19,723 nucleotides of DNA. Source: Pseudomonadota bacterium. Lineage in GTDB: Bacteria; Bdellovibrionota_B; Oligoflexia; Oligoflexales; CAIMVM01. Below are positions 1 to 7,564 of the stretch, piece after piece (position 1 is the first letter of the stretch; every line of letters begins with the position of its first letter). The notes beneath the pieces were generated by a model. That model saw only the letters and a list, made by a program, of their open reading frames with translations, ran no database searches and was not told the DNA's origin. The stretch is from assembly GCA_037142195.1 (NCBI GenBank), contig JBAXBA010000069.1:1-19723 (forward strand), in the 5' to 3' direction. The position numbers and the translations under genes are program-made.

Positions 1-53
1 GGTCCAAGTCCGGTTCTGCGAGGACGGGGCAGGCAACTGTCCTCGTTACTCAC
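1..53 (+). mobile_element. 3' end of a group II intron (domain V 3' strand + domain VI), truncated by window start
   Basis: 1-16 GGTCC-AA-GTCCGGTTC matches the 3' strand of domain V (upper stem, 2-nt bulge, CGGTTC). Domain VI folds as GAG(20-22)/CTC(49-51), GACG(23-26)/CGTT(44-47), GGGCAG(27-32)/CTGTCC(37-42) with a GCAA GNRA tetraloop, bulged branch A48 and terminal AC (52-53). Confidence 0.88.
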
Positions 54-159
54 GAAGTCAGATGCAGCCACCTTAGCGGCGGGCTACGCATCTGTCTTGG
101 GGTTCAATATAAGACAATTGATAAGACACCAAGGTGGCAAGATGACAGAAGCTGCCTAA
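54..159 (+). CDS. 3' exon: C-terminal fragment of an IS5/IS4-type DDE transposase interrupted by the intron
   Basis: Frame starting at 55 reads KSDAATLAAGYASVLGFNIRQLIRHQGGKMTEAA* (TAA 157-159). The small-residue helix + G-[FY]-N-[IL]-R-x-L-x-R pattern resembles IS5-family transposase C-termini. Recognised by eye, not by search; not in the ORF track. Confidence 0.6.
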
Positions 160-200
160 CCATAAAATACAATATGAAGGGAATTTCCCAAGAAAAAGGC

Positions 201-237
201 AATAAATTGACAAAGACTTGAATAAATTGACAGTCAA
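201..237. repeat. 12-bp direct repeat AATAAATTGACA x2 (20-bp period), overlapping palindrome TTGACAGTCAA
   Basis: Copies at 201-212 and 221-232; palindrome at 227-237. Confidence 0.8.
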
Positions 238-253
238 GGGTTCTAAGCCGATT

Positions 254-279
254 GGGGTTTCGCGCCAGCGACTAATTAG
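254..279 (+). mobile_element. Probable right terminal inverted repeat of the IS plus TTAG target site
   Basis: GGGGTTTCGCGCCAGCGACTAA followed by TTAG, ~100 nt after the transposase stop. It resembles IS5-family right ends (..GACTAA) with YTAR targets. The left end is outside the window, so unconfirmed. Confidence 0.4.
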
Positions 280-354
280 CACTAGTTCTTTCCTATCATC
301 CTAGTTACACTTCTTAGCACTCGGTAAAATTTATTTTTTAGAGGAGCTACAGCG

Positions 355-2007
355 ATGAAACAGCTTCATATTTTTTCAAGCTCGAGTTGGCTTGTTTTGA
401 ATTCTGCTGGCTTATTTTTCTCTTTTTTTAGCATTTTAGGAAATGCTGAGCCTTTTGTTTCCCGCGAAAAAACTCAGATTATTTCCCAGGCTACCCATGA
501 ATACAGGGAAGATCTCAAAGAGTTCCACAGACTGCGCATTCCGCCACGATTTAAAGAAACCAACCGGTATTTGCTACTGCCGCCGGTGCAAAGTAGCCCC
601 AATGCCATGATACTTATGATTCTGCCAGGTGCAAAAAAGCAGGCTTGGGAGTATTCCCATCTTGCCGAAGAAATTCAAAAAAAGTCTTTCGTCCCGCTTT
701 GGATAGGCATTGCCGAATTTACGGGGAATCTTCCCAATCCCTTGGAAGCTAACTTTAGGCTCAGAAGCCTTATAGAGTATCTTAAAAAAGAAGGTTTATC
801 TACTGCCGGCGAGGACAAGATCTTTTTGGCTGGGCATTCCATGGGTGGCATCATGGCTCAAGGCCAAGTTAAGAACAAAAAATATGCGGGCCTCATTCTT
901 TTCTCTTCGTACTTAACTCGAAAAAATGACATGAGCACATTACCTGATTTTCCCATGCCTGTTTTGACTATGAGTGGCGAGCTTGATGGACTCACCCGCA
1001 TAACCAGAATCAGCCTTGAGAATGAAGCCGCTCAAGAGGTGGCTCAAAAAGTGGGAGAAAAGGTTGTTGCTGCACGTAAGCCGGTGATTCTAGTTAAAGG
1101 TGTCAACCACTCGCAGTTCGCTTCAGAAGTTTTGATTGATGGGGATTTTTTGCCTGAGGTCACTTATCCGGTGGCTCAAGAGAAAATCGCTCAAGTCACA
1201 GCAGATTTTATTATGGCAAATTCCAAAAGTGAAATCGCCCAGGATGGAGATACCAATCAGCATGAAGACGCTATTTTGCGCCTAATGTCAGGTCAAAAAG
1301 AAACAAGCGCGTTATTGCAGCCTTTTGTAGCTTCAAAAAAAGATCAATCACAATGGTGTGCCGGAACTCAGATTCTATTGGTTGATCATTTAAAGGCGAA
1401 TCAGAAAATTACAGTCTTAAATGATGTCTATCCGGAGAAAAAGCTATTTAGCCAGAGTGTTCCCAAGGCAGAAGTAAAAAGCGACACTTCATTGGAAGTG
1501 CATGTTCCCACTTGGGAAGAGAAGCCGTCAAACCCTTTTGATTTTAGCATCATTCCTGAGGGCACCTCCGAAATTGACTGTAAACTCTATGTCCCTAATT
1601 CTGTCCCTAATGTAGAAACAAAGAGCGTTTCATGCTTCGAGCACTCCTTGGAATCAGCGCCAATCGCAAGCATTTGCCAGTATGCAAATTTGAGGATTTA
1701 TGAAGAAGTACTATCTAAGATGTCTGAAGTGCAGCGATTGAGGTTTCAAAGCCGAGGCAAAAAGTTAGCTATGGATGCAGATTTTCTTCTGGACTCAGAA
1801 AGAAGTTGGCTCAACTCGCCTTTAAAGATTTCACCTTCTGAAAGTGATAGGGAAACTCTTATCTTTCAGTCACCCGCATGGATTTCATCAATTCAGACTG
1901 CGAACCCCAATATCAACTTTCTAGAAGGTGATAGTCAATACAATTGTAAGCTTTTATCTCCGAGCAGGATTGCAGAGTGGATCCTTGTGGATAGCTTTAA
2001 AAAATAG
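355..2007 (+). CDS. Secreted alpha/beta-fold hydrolase with Cys-containing C-terminal extension
   Basis: RBS GAGGAG; signal-peptide-like N-terminus; nucleophile elbow GHSMGG; candidate Asp (GELDG) and His (NHSQF); 550 aa. Confidence 0.85.
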   Translation: MKQLHIFSSSSWLVLNSAGLFFSFFSILGNAEPFVSREKTQIISQATHEYREDLKEFHRLRIPPRFKETNRYLLLPPVQSSPNAMILMILPGAKKQAWEYSHLAEEIQKKSFVPLWIGIAEFTGNLPNPLEANFRLRSLIEYLKKEGLSTAGEDKIFLAGHSMGGIMAQGQVKNKKYAGLILFSSYLTRKNDMSTLPDFPMPVLTMSGELDGLTRITRISLENEAAQEVAQKVGEKVVAARKPVILVKGVNHSQFASEVLIDGDFLPEVTYPVAQEKIAQVTADFIMANSKSEIAQDGDTNQHEDAILRLMSGQKETSALLQPFVASKKDQSQWCAGTQILLVDHLKANQKITVLNDVYPEKKLFSQSVPKAEVKSDTSLEVHVPTWEEKPSNPFDFSIIPEGTSEIDCKLYVPNSVPNVETKSVSCFEHSLESAPIASICQYANLRIYEEVLSKMSEVQRLRFQSRGKKLAMDADFLLDSERSWLNSPLKISPSESDRETLIFQSPAWISSIQTANPNINFLEGDSQYNCKLLSPSRIAEWILVDSFKK

Positions 2008-2092
2008 GTTTTTTACACCTAGAAAAAGATTTCGAATGCGATATTTTAAGACAGTATCGAATTCAAATTCCTTGGCTTCCATCCAGCCTAAG

Positions 2093-2479
2093 CTAAAATG
2101 TAATGGTGCAGTAGCCTGAGTCACACTCTACATTTAAACCGTTTTGGAGGACTGTTTTGTTAACCATTGAAACCAATTCCAAGCATTTTTGAGACAAAGA
2201 AACTTGAGCGACATTTTTTGGGGCGCTAAAGTCAAGTTCACATGATTTTTGAGTTCTACTTAGGCAACTAGTTTTGGAGTTTTCCATGCTACTACCTGCA
2301 AGCACATTGCTAATGATGCAATCCTCAAAGAGGCGTTTGTATTTTGTTATGTCTTCGTTCCGAGGTTCTCTCGTTGATGCGGCCTGCGAGTTAGATTCAA
2401 CCGAACAGCCCGATAGGGGGATTCCAAGGCTCAAAAATGCCATAACCAAGGAGCAAGCGAGAAGTCTTGAAGTGTTCAT
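2093..2479 (-). CDS. Hypothetical Cys-rich lipoprotein
   Basis: Hydrophobic leader with lipobox LSGC; six further Cys in the mature part; 128 aa. Confidence 0.7.
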   Translation of the reverse strand: MNTSRLLACSLVMAFLSLGIPLSGCSVESNSQAASTREPRNEDITKYKRLFEDCIISNVLAGSSMENSKTSCLSRTQKSCELDFSAPKNVAQVSLSQKCLELVSMVNKTVLQNGLNVECDSGYCTITF

Positions 2480-3001
2480 GGAGGGGGCCTTTCCGTAATG
2501 GCGGTAATGCCAGTGCTGGTTTATATAGCATCCCGTTCGGAGGTCGGAAGTTAAGATTAGATTAATTTTTTGAGACGGTTCGCAATCTTGCTAACAGCAT
2601 TAAATAGATTGTTTTCAGGTAGTTACAGGATTCAGATCTTCGCTTTTTTTTGCTCCCGTGCCTTTTAGGAGGGTATTGAAGGGAAATTCGAATATCAAAG
2701 AAGGTGCTTTTTTGACTTAAATGGCTGCAAAAAGACTTATGGAATCACATATCCTAATAATGAAATCTCCATGCTAACATGAACACGAGCTTTGACCTTC
2801 CCTCTAAGTTAGTTCTAAAGGTAACCTGTTCATTTTTGAAGTTTGATTCCGAGCTTTCTTAATTAGAAGAATTTTGGGATCCTTTCTCAGTTCCTTGGTC
2901 CCGTTATATGTACCACTTAAGATCACAACTGCGCAGCACACTTCCCTGTGGTAAGTGTGCTGCACAGTTGTGAGTCCAATTCTACAGAATAACACGCAAT
3001 T

Positions 3002-3718
3002 TTAGTCTAAATTTACCAGGCGACTGTAACTTTGACCATTTAGGACACGAACATGAAGGAGTACCTTTCCCTGAAGTTTCTCAGGAAGGTTTTGGCCAAT
3101 CCTAAATTCGTTGTTTTCGCGGTGGCAACGATCGTCATTGATAAGTTCCATAATAGGTAGAACCTCAAGGATATCTTTTTTCTTATGAACAAGTTTAATT
3201 TCTGACATGACGGCACATCCCACGAAGGTGTACGGAAAGGTTCCTTCTAAGATAATTTTTTGGGAACCATCTGAGAGGTCCATGGCGGCGTTTTCTACGG
3301 GCGCATAGAGGTAGTCGTCAGGGCTTCTGGTAAGAGATTTTCCTATAGATATGTGATCCATTAATTCAGACCTTCTAATCCGCACTGTGTAATCGCCGGC
3401 TTTAAGGATTCCCAGTTTAATGGTTTGTAGAAATGGGGTGAGAACCTGCGCACAAAAGCCGTCATACTTGTAAGCGGTCACGGAAACTTCGATCTCATTA
3501 ATCTGAGGATTTAGCTGTACTTGACTGGAACCAGCTTTGTAACACGCTGACGGAAAAACCCCAGCTACTACAATTTCTGAATTGTCGTTATCGTCAAACC
3601 CGGTGGGGATGTAAAGACTTGTAACCGGAGCAGTTACTACTGTCGGGCCAGCAAATGCAGCACTTGATAAAACACTAAAAATGACAAAGGCAAGATACAA
3701 CTTTCTTTTAACTTCCAT
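3002..3718 (-). CDS. Secreted hypothetical protein with two similar beta-rich domains
   Basis: AAGGAG RBS 10 nt upstream of ATG at 3718, preferred over the TTG at 3727. Signal peptide ends AFA. Two repeats of PV..(V/I)xGxFP..C..C pattern; motif PTGFDDNDN. Confidence 0.8.
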   Translation of the reverse strand: MEVKRKLYLAFVIFSVLSSAAFAGPTVVTAPVTSLYIPTGFDDNDNSEIVVAGVFPSACYKAGSSQVQLNPQINEIEVSVTAYKYDGFCAQVLTPFLQTIKLGILKAGDYTVRIRRSELMDHISIGKSLTRSPDDYLYAPVENAAMDLSDGSQKIILEGTFPYTFVGCAVMSEIKLVHKKKDILEVLPIMELINDDRCHRENNEFRIGQNLPEKLQGKVLLHVRVLNGQSYSRLVNLD

Positions 3719-3789
3719 AGACGCCAAACTCCTTAATGCTTGTTTTTAACGCAATACCCCTTCACAGTAGGCTGCTCTCGATTGTTTCA

Positions 3790-3805
3790 TGCTTTTTCTA
3801 TGCCA
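3790..3805 (-). promoter_or_regulatory. Putative sigma54 -24/-12 promoter for the 3002-3718 gene
   Basis: Minus strand TGGCATAGAAAAAGCA = GG-N10-GC, ~70 nt upstream of the ATG. Confidence 0.4.
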
Positions 3806-3815
3806 ATTCTCGATC

Positions 3816-3830
3816 TGGCCCGAGCCTTGC
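3816..3830 (+). promoter_or_regulatory. Putative sigma54 -24/-12 site, divergent orientation
   Basis: TGGCCCG-AGCC-TTGC, one mismatch to consensus TGGCACG-N4-TTGC. Confidence 0.45.
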
Positions 3831-4405
3831 GGAATCAGTTGATAAAGTAGGTTTTTTTTACGTGGCAGCTTCTAGTGCGCTGAAACCTGTAACTTTACGC
3901 ACAAACGGAAAAAGCGAAATTTGTGCGAATCAGTACTATTTTGAATTTTCTAAAATGCAGTCTGCACTCATCAGAATCATAGGTCCTTTGGTGAAAAGTC
4001 AAAATACGGAGCTAAATTTAAGGCAGGTCCATCTATCAAGATTGCCCTGCGGAAAAATAGGAGACTTAGGCCGAACTCAAGAATGGTGCTCTGCAAAACG
4101 CATTCTTATCTAGTCAGAGAATGGAAAGGTCGAATGAAATAAATAACGTTAAGGGATTTTCATTTTCCTTTTTTTAGGCTATGCATTTTTTTAGTAATGC
4201 AATGGAATCCAAAGATTTTGGACCCAAATGAAAAGAAGGCGATGTGCTCTTCCAGGTCTAAACTGTAGCTAGGCAACGGCCCCAGTTGCCGTTAGCTCAC
4301 AATCTCCCAATAGCTTCCTGACAAGTGGAAGCGTCTAGGAAGTCTTTTGGTGACTCATTTCTTGCCTAAAAAAGGATTTTTTAGGTGTCACAGTTTGTTT
4401 AGCTA

Positions 4406-5437
4406 TCAGGTTAAAGATGAAATAAAAATTGTTGATTGTCCTGCTAACTGCGGCTTTCTGTCGTCAATTAAAACCGGGTTTCGAGCTAGATTAAGGGACT
4501 GCTTTATATAGCCTAAGTCCGACTCAGGAATTGTGAGCCCTGATTTTTCATAGACCGCTCTCATGGCGTTTTGAGCATCTTTTAACTTATAGAAAGGAAC
4601 TCTTGGAAATGCATGGTGAATGGTATGAAAGGACAGAAAATTAAAATACCATGAAATATAATAAGGTACTTTCATGTTTCGGCAGTTCCACACTTGTGTG
4701 TCGTAGAAGTTTTTTCCTTTGCCCCATAGCCCATAGTGCTCCACATGAGCCCTTAACTGAAGAACAAATCCTACGACATATTGAGTAATAAAGTACCAAA
4801 GTGCGTAATAGATAACTCGTTCCTGAACCACAGCTAGAGTTAAAATGATGCTGTTCATGAGCGCGATGCCAAATGCATCCATAAAAAATGCTCGTCGCAT
4901 CGTTTTGGAGGTTTTAAAGAAGTTGGCTCCAAAAATAGCTGTTTTAGAAATGAAGCCCACACCGGTAAAAACAAACAAATTAAAGAACCACTGGTTTCTG
5001 ATAAAAAATCTCATAGCCTTCGAACTGTTCTCGTATTCGCTTACCGAGTATTGAACACGTTCGGGATCGCTCAAATTACTACCATTCATGTTGTGATGAA
5101 GTTTGTGAACTTCTTGATAGACGCTATGTATGGAATATACGGGCCATGAAATCAGTCTGGGGGCTAGTTCATCGAAGGCTTTGAAGCCTGTCAAAGTCGT
5201 ATGAATAGCATCGTGAGTTGTAATTAAGAGAGATGCGTAGACTAGGGCAAATGGTACCGTCACAAGGGACATGGTCAAAAGGTCAGGACTATCAAAAATG
5301 AGCCATTTGCCGCCGATTAAAACGGGGATAAATAGAATAAAAAATTTCAATAAGCCTTGCCAAGGTTCTGTGGATTCAAAGGGTGCTACAGCTTTGGCTA
5401 AGGCTTTGGGGTCTACTTGTGGGATTCTGGTTTCCAT
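4406..5437 (-). CDS. Membrane fatty acid desaturase family protein
   Basis: Three His boxes HDAIH, HKLHH, HTIHH (plus HVEH) and several TM segments. Start reassigned to ATG at 5437 (METRIP..), with GAGGAG RBS 5 nt upstream. Confidence 0.9.
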   Translation of the reverse strand: METRIPQVDPKALAKAVAPFESTEPWQGLLKFFILFIPVLIGGKWLIFDSPDLLTMSLVTVPFALVYASLLITTHDAIHTTLTGFKAFDELAPRLISWPVYSIHSVYQEVHKLHHNMNGSNLSDPERVQYSVSEYENSSKAMRFFIRNQWFFNLFVFTGVGFISKTAIFGANFFKTSKTMRRAFFMDAFGIALMNSIILTLAVVQERVIYYALWYFITQYVVGFVLQLRAHVEHYGLWGKGKNFYDTQVWNCRNMKVPYYISWYFNFLSFHTIHHAFPRVPFYKLKDAQNAMRAVYEKSGLTIPESDLGYIKQSLNLARNPVLIDDRKPQLAGQSTIFISSLT

Positions 5438-5631
5438 AAATTCTCCTCGTGCGGCAGGTCGGCACAAATGATCGCATAACCGACATTTTAGGACATTAGA
5501 AGAGAAATTGTAATAGATTAATGGTTTCAGCTAATTGCACTGTGGTTTAGCAGCTCTTTAAAATGCAAATGTCTTTAAATACGTAGTCTTGGCGTATAAT
5601 CAGAATGGAGACTACAAAAGGAGGTTGGCAA

Positions 5632-6399
5632 ATGGATTTAGGCGCGATTTTGGGGCCAATCATTGCCGTGGGAATGATTATGGGGGGCATGGTAGCTAAA
5701 CATGCTGCGGGTCTCATTCCTGAGATTGCTGTCAATTTACCATCAATTCTGATTGTGATGGGTGGGACGGTTGGCGCTTTGATGGTGGCCTATCCGATAC
5801 CAGACTATATCAATAGCCTTAAAGCTTTAGGGAAGTATGCCAAAGCCAGTCCAGTCAACCCAGAAGCTTTGATGACAGAAATCCTGGAGTTGGCGGGCAT
5901 TGCCCGAAAAGAGTCCATATTGGCTTTAGAAAAGCGAGTGGAGACGATTCTTTTTAAGCCGCTAGCAACTGGCATTCGCATGGCCGTAGATGGCACGGAT
6001 CCAAATATTATCCGCGATGCGCTCGAGACGGAGGCAGACTTCGAGCATGAGGAAGCTGAAGTTTCCGTTAAGTTTTGGGAAGATGTGGGAGCTATTGCAC
6101 CGACAATCGGAATTCTTGGGGCGGTAATTGGTTTGATGAAAGTGATGGGCGTTCTCGATCAACCAGAAAAGATTGGCCCTGGTATTTCTGTTGCTTTCAT
6201 TGCAACGGTATGGGGGGTAGGGGTTGCTAACATTTTTGGGATTCCCATAGGCAAAAGGTTAAAACGAAAAGCGGGTATCGAACACCATGCCCGGATGATG
6301 GTTATGATAGGCATTGAAGGAATTCTTACTGGTCAGAACCCCAAGCTGATTGAAGCCAAGCTTCGTATATTTGTTCATTCTTCTGGCGGCGAGCACTAG
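5632..6399 (+). CDS. motA: Flagellar motor stator protein MotA
   Basis: AAGGAGG RBS before ATG at 5632; motifs IVMGGT, ARKESILALE, APTIGILGAVIGL, AFIATVWG, GQNP; TATAAT at 5595-5600 upstream. Confidence 0.93.
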   Translation: MDLGAILGPIIAVGMIMGGMVAKHAAGLIPEIAVNLPSILIVMGGTVGALMVAYPIPDYINSLKALGKYAKASPVNPEALMTEILELAGIARKESILALEKRVETILFKPLATGIRMAVDGTDPNIIRDALETEADFEHEEAEVSVKFWEDVGAIAPTIGILGAVIGLMKVMGVLDQPEKIGPGISVAFIATVWGVGVANIFGIPIGKRLKRKAGIEHHARMMVMIGIEGILTGQNPKLIEAKLRIFVHSSGGEH

Positions 6400-6401
6400 A
6401 C

Positions 6402-7196
6402 ATGGGAAAAAAGAAGTGTCCTGAATTTGAAAATCACGAACGCTGGCTTGTAAGTTATGCGGATATGATGACACTTCTTTTTTGTCTATTCGTAGTACTC
6501 TATGCTCTTTCCAATACATCGCGCCCGGATAAAAAAATAGATCAAGTGGCTGCCGCTGCCGTTGAGGTTTTTGCCGATAGTTTACAAGACCTTCCCGTAG
6601 ATAAGAGGGCAGGACCTAAAGAACAGGGATTTGGTATTTTTGAGAATTTTAAGGGCGATCAAGCGCGCCCTTCCATGATGAAGAAATTCCCCGATTCTCA
6701 AAAGAAATCCAAGGTTATCGAAGATGAAATCAAGATTTTGAAGATGAAGCTAGAAGACCCAGTACCTGGTGAAAGGAGAAGTCCCAAAGATGCCAGCGTA
6801 GGTTCTGAAAGGATTGTCAGCGTTCAAAAAACTGATGAGGGGATCGTCATCCGCCTCTTGGCAAGTCATTTTTACAAAGCCGGCGAATACCGGGTGGGGC
6901 GCAATGCTTTGGTAGAAATTGACAAGTTGGCATCTGCCCTTAAAGATCTTGGAAGGCCCATATCCGTGGAAGGTCATACCGATTCTTTGCCGCCAACCGA
7001 GGGTGAGTTCGGAAATTGGGAACTATCAGCCATGCGGGCGGCTTGGGTCGTCAAGTATATCACGACAAAATTTGATTTCCCTCTTAAGGATATTTCGGCT
7101 TCGGGCTGGGCAGATGCCAAGCCCATAGCCCATAATGGAACTGCTGAGGGGCGGGCATTAAACAGGCGAGTAGAAATAAAGATTAAATATGAGTAG
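6402..7196 (+). CDS. motB: Flagellar motor stator protein MotB (OmpA-like peptidoglycan-binding domain)
   Basis: ERWLVSYADMMTLLFCLFVVLYALS TM with the conserved Asp; C-terminal EGHTD, NWELSAMRA, NRRVEI; starts 2 nt after motA. Confidence 0.95.
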   Translation: MGKKKCPEFENHERWLVSYADMMTLLFCLFVVLYALSNTSRPDKKIDQVAAAAVEVFADSLQDLPVDKRAGPKEQGFGIFENFKGDQARPSMMKKFPDSQKKSKVIEDEIKILKMKLEDPVPGERRSPKDASVGSERIVSVQKTDEGIVIRLLASHFYKAGEYRVGRNALVEIDKLASALKDLGRPISVEGHTDSLPPTEGEFGNWELSAMRAAWVVKYITTKFDFPLKDISASGWADAKPIAHNGTAEGRALNRRVEIKIKYE

Positions 7197-7201
7197 CCAT
7201 C

Positions 7202-7543
7202 ATGAATAAAAGCAAAAAAAGAATCCTCATTACCCTATGCTCTTTTTTGGGGCTAAGCGGATGCGAGCTCTTTACCAATAATAAATCTAAGTGTCAGTGG
7301 TACGCTATGCCTGAAGCTGACAATAAAGAAAAAGTCGATGAAGGATATATTCCAATCTGTGTAAGAAACTATGTTACCAATAAACAAAACTGTCAGCTCC
7401 AAGCAACCTTAGAACTTGCTGAAAGTGTCTATCAGAAAGCCTTTCGCTATGATGATCTTCAAATTGATATGGAAGGCCGATTCCCTCGAAAAATCATTAA
7501 AGTCAAAGAATTTTGTACACCTAGCCCCGAGGCAGCGCGCTAG
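7202..7543 (+). CDS. Hypothetical lipoprotein
   Basis: Basic N-terminus, hydrophobic core, lipobox LSGC; four Cys in the mature domain; starts 5 nt after motB. Confidence 0.75.
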   Translation: MNKSKKRILITLCSFLGLSGCELFTNNKSKCQWYAMPEADNKEKVDEGYIPICVRNYVTNKQNCQLQATLELAESVYQKAFRYDDLQIDMEGRFPRKIIKVKEFCTPSPEAAR

Positions 7544-7564
7544 AACTATTGGGAATCTTTTCAT

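Noticed and set aside
59..138. Hairpin CAGATGC-AGCC..GGCT-AC-GCATCTG and GCCACCTT/AAGGTGGC inverted repeat
   Set aside because: Lies within the putative transposase exon; short enough to be chance and matches no RNA family I recognise.
154..260. GCCTAAC as an integron attC inverse core
   Set aside because: No matching GTTRRRY core or internal dyad downstream.
276..323. TTAGCACT twice, resembling CIRCE half-sites
   Set aside because: No inverted GAGTGCTAA at 9-nt spacing, and the downstream gene is not a chaperone.
1590..1611. TGTCCCTAAT x2 (VPNSVPN) in the hydrolase gene
   Set aside because: Small in-frame local duplication with no evident significance.
3736..4113. 125-aa plus-strand ORF
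   Set aside because: No RBS or recognisable motifs, and it overlaps the promoter region of the divergent gene; probably spurious.
4230..4300. GGTCTAA..CCAGTTGCCG reminiscent of a c-di-GMP-I riboswitch 3' half
   Set aside because: The GGCAAA/GAAA-tetraloop/GCAAA elements are missing and there is no plus-strand gene downstream.
5632..7196. Zorya (ZorAB) or ExbBD/TolQR interpretation of the MotAB-like pair
   Set aside because: MotA is canonical length without the long ZorA tail, it keeps the torque residues (R..E), there is no zorC/D/E, and MotB has the flagellar WxxxYAD motif.
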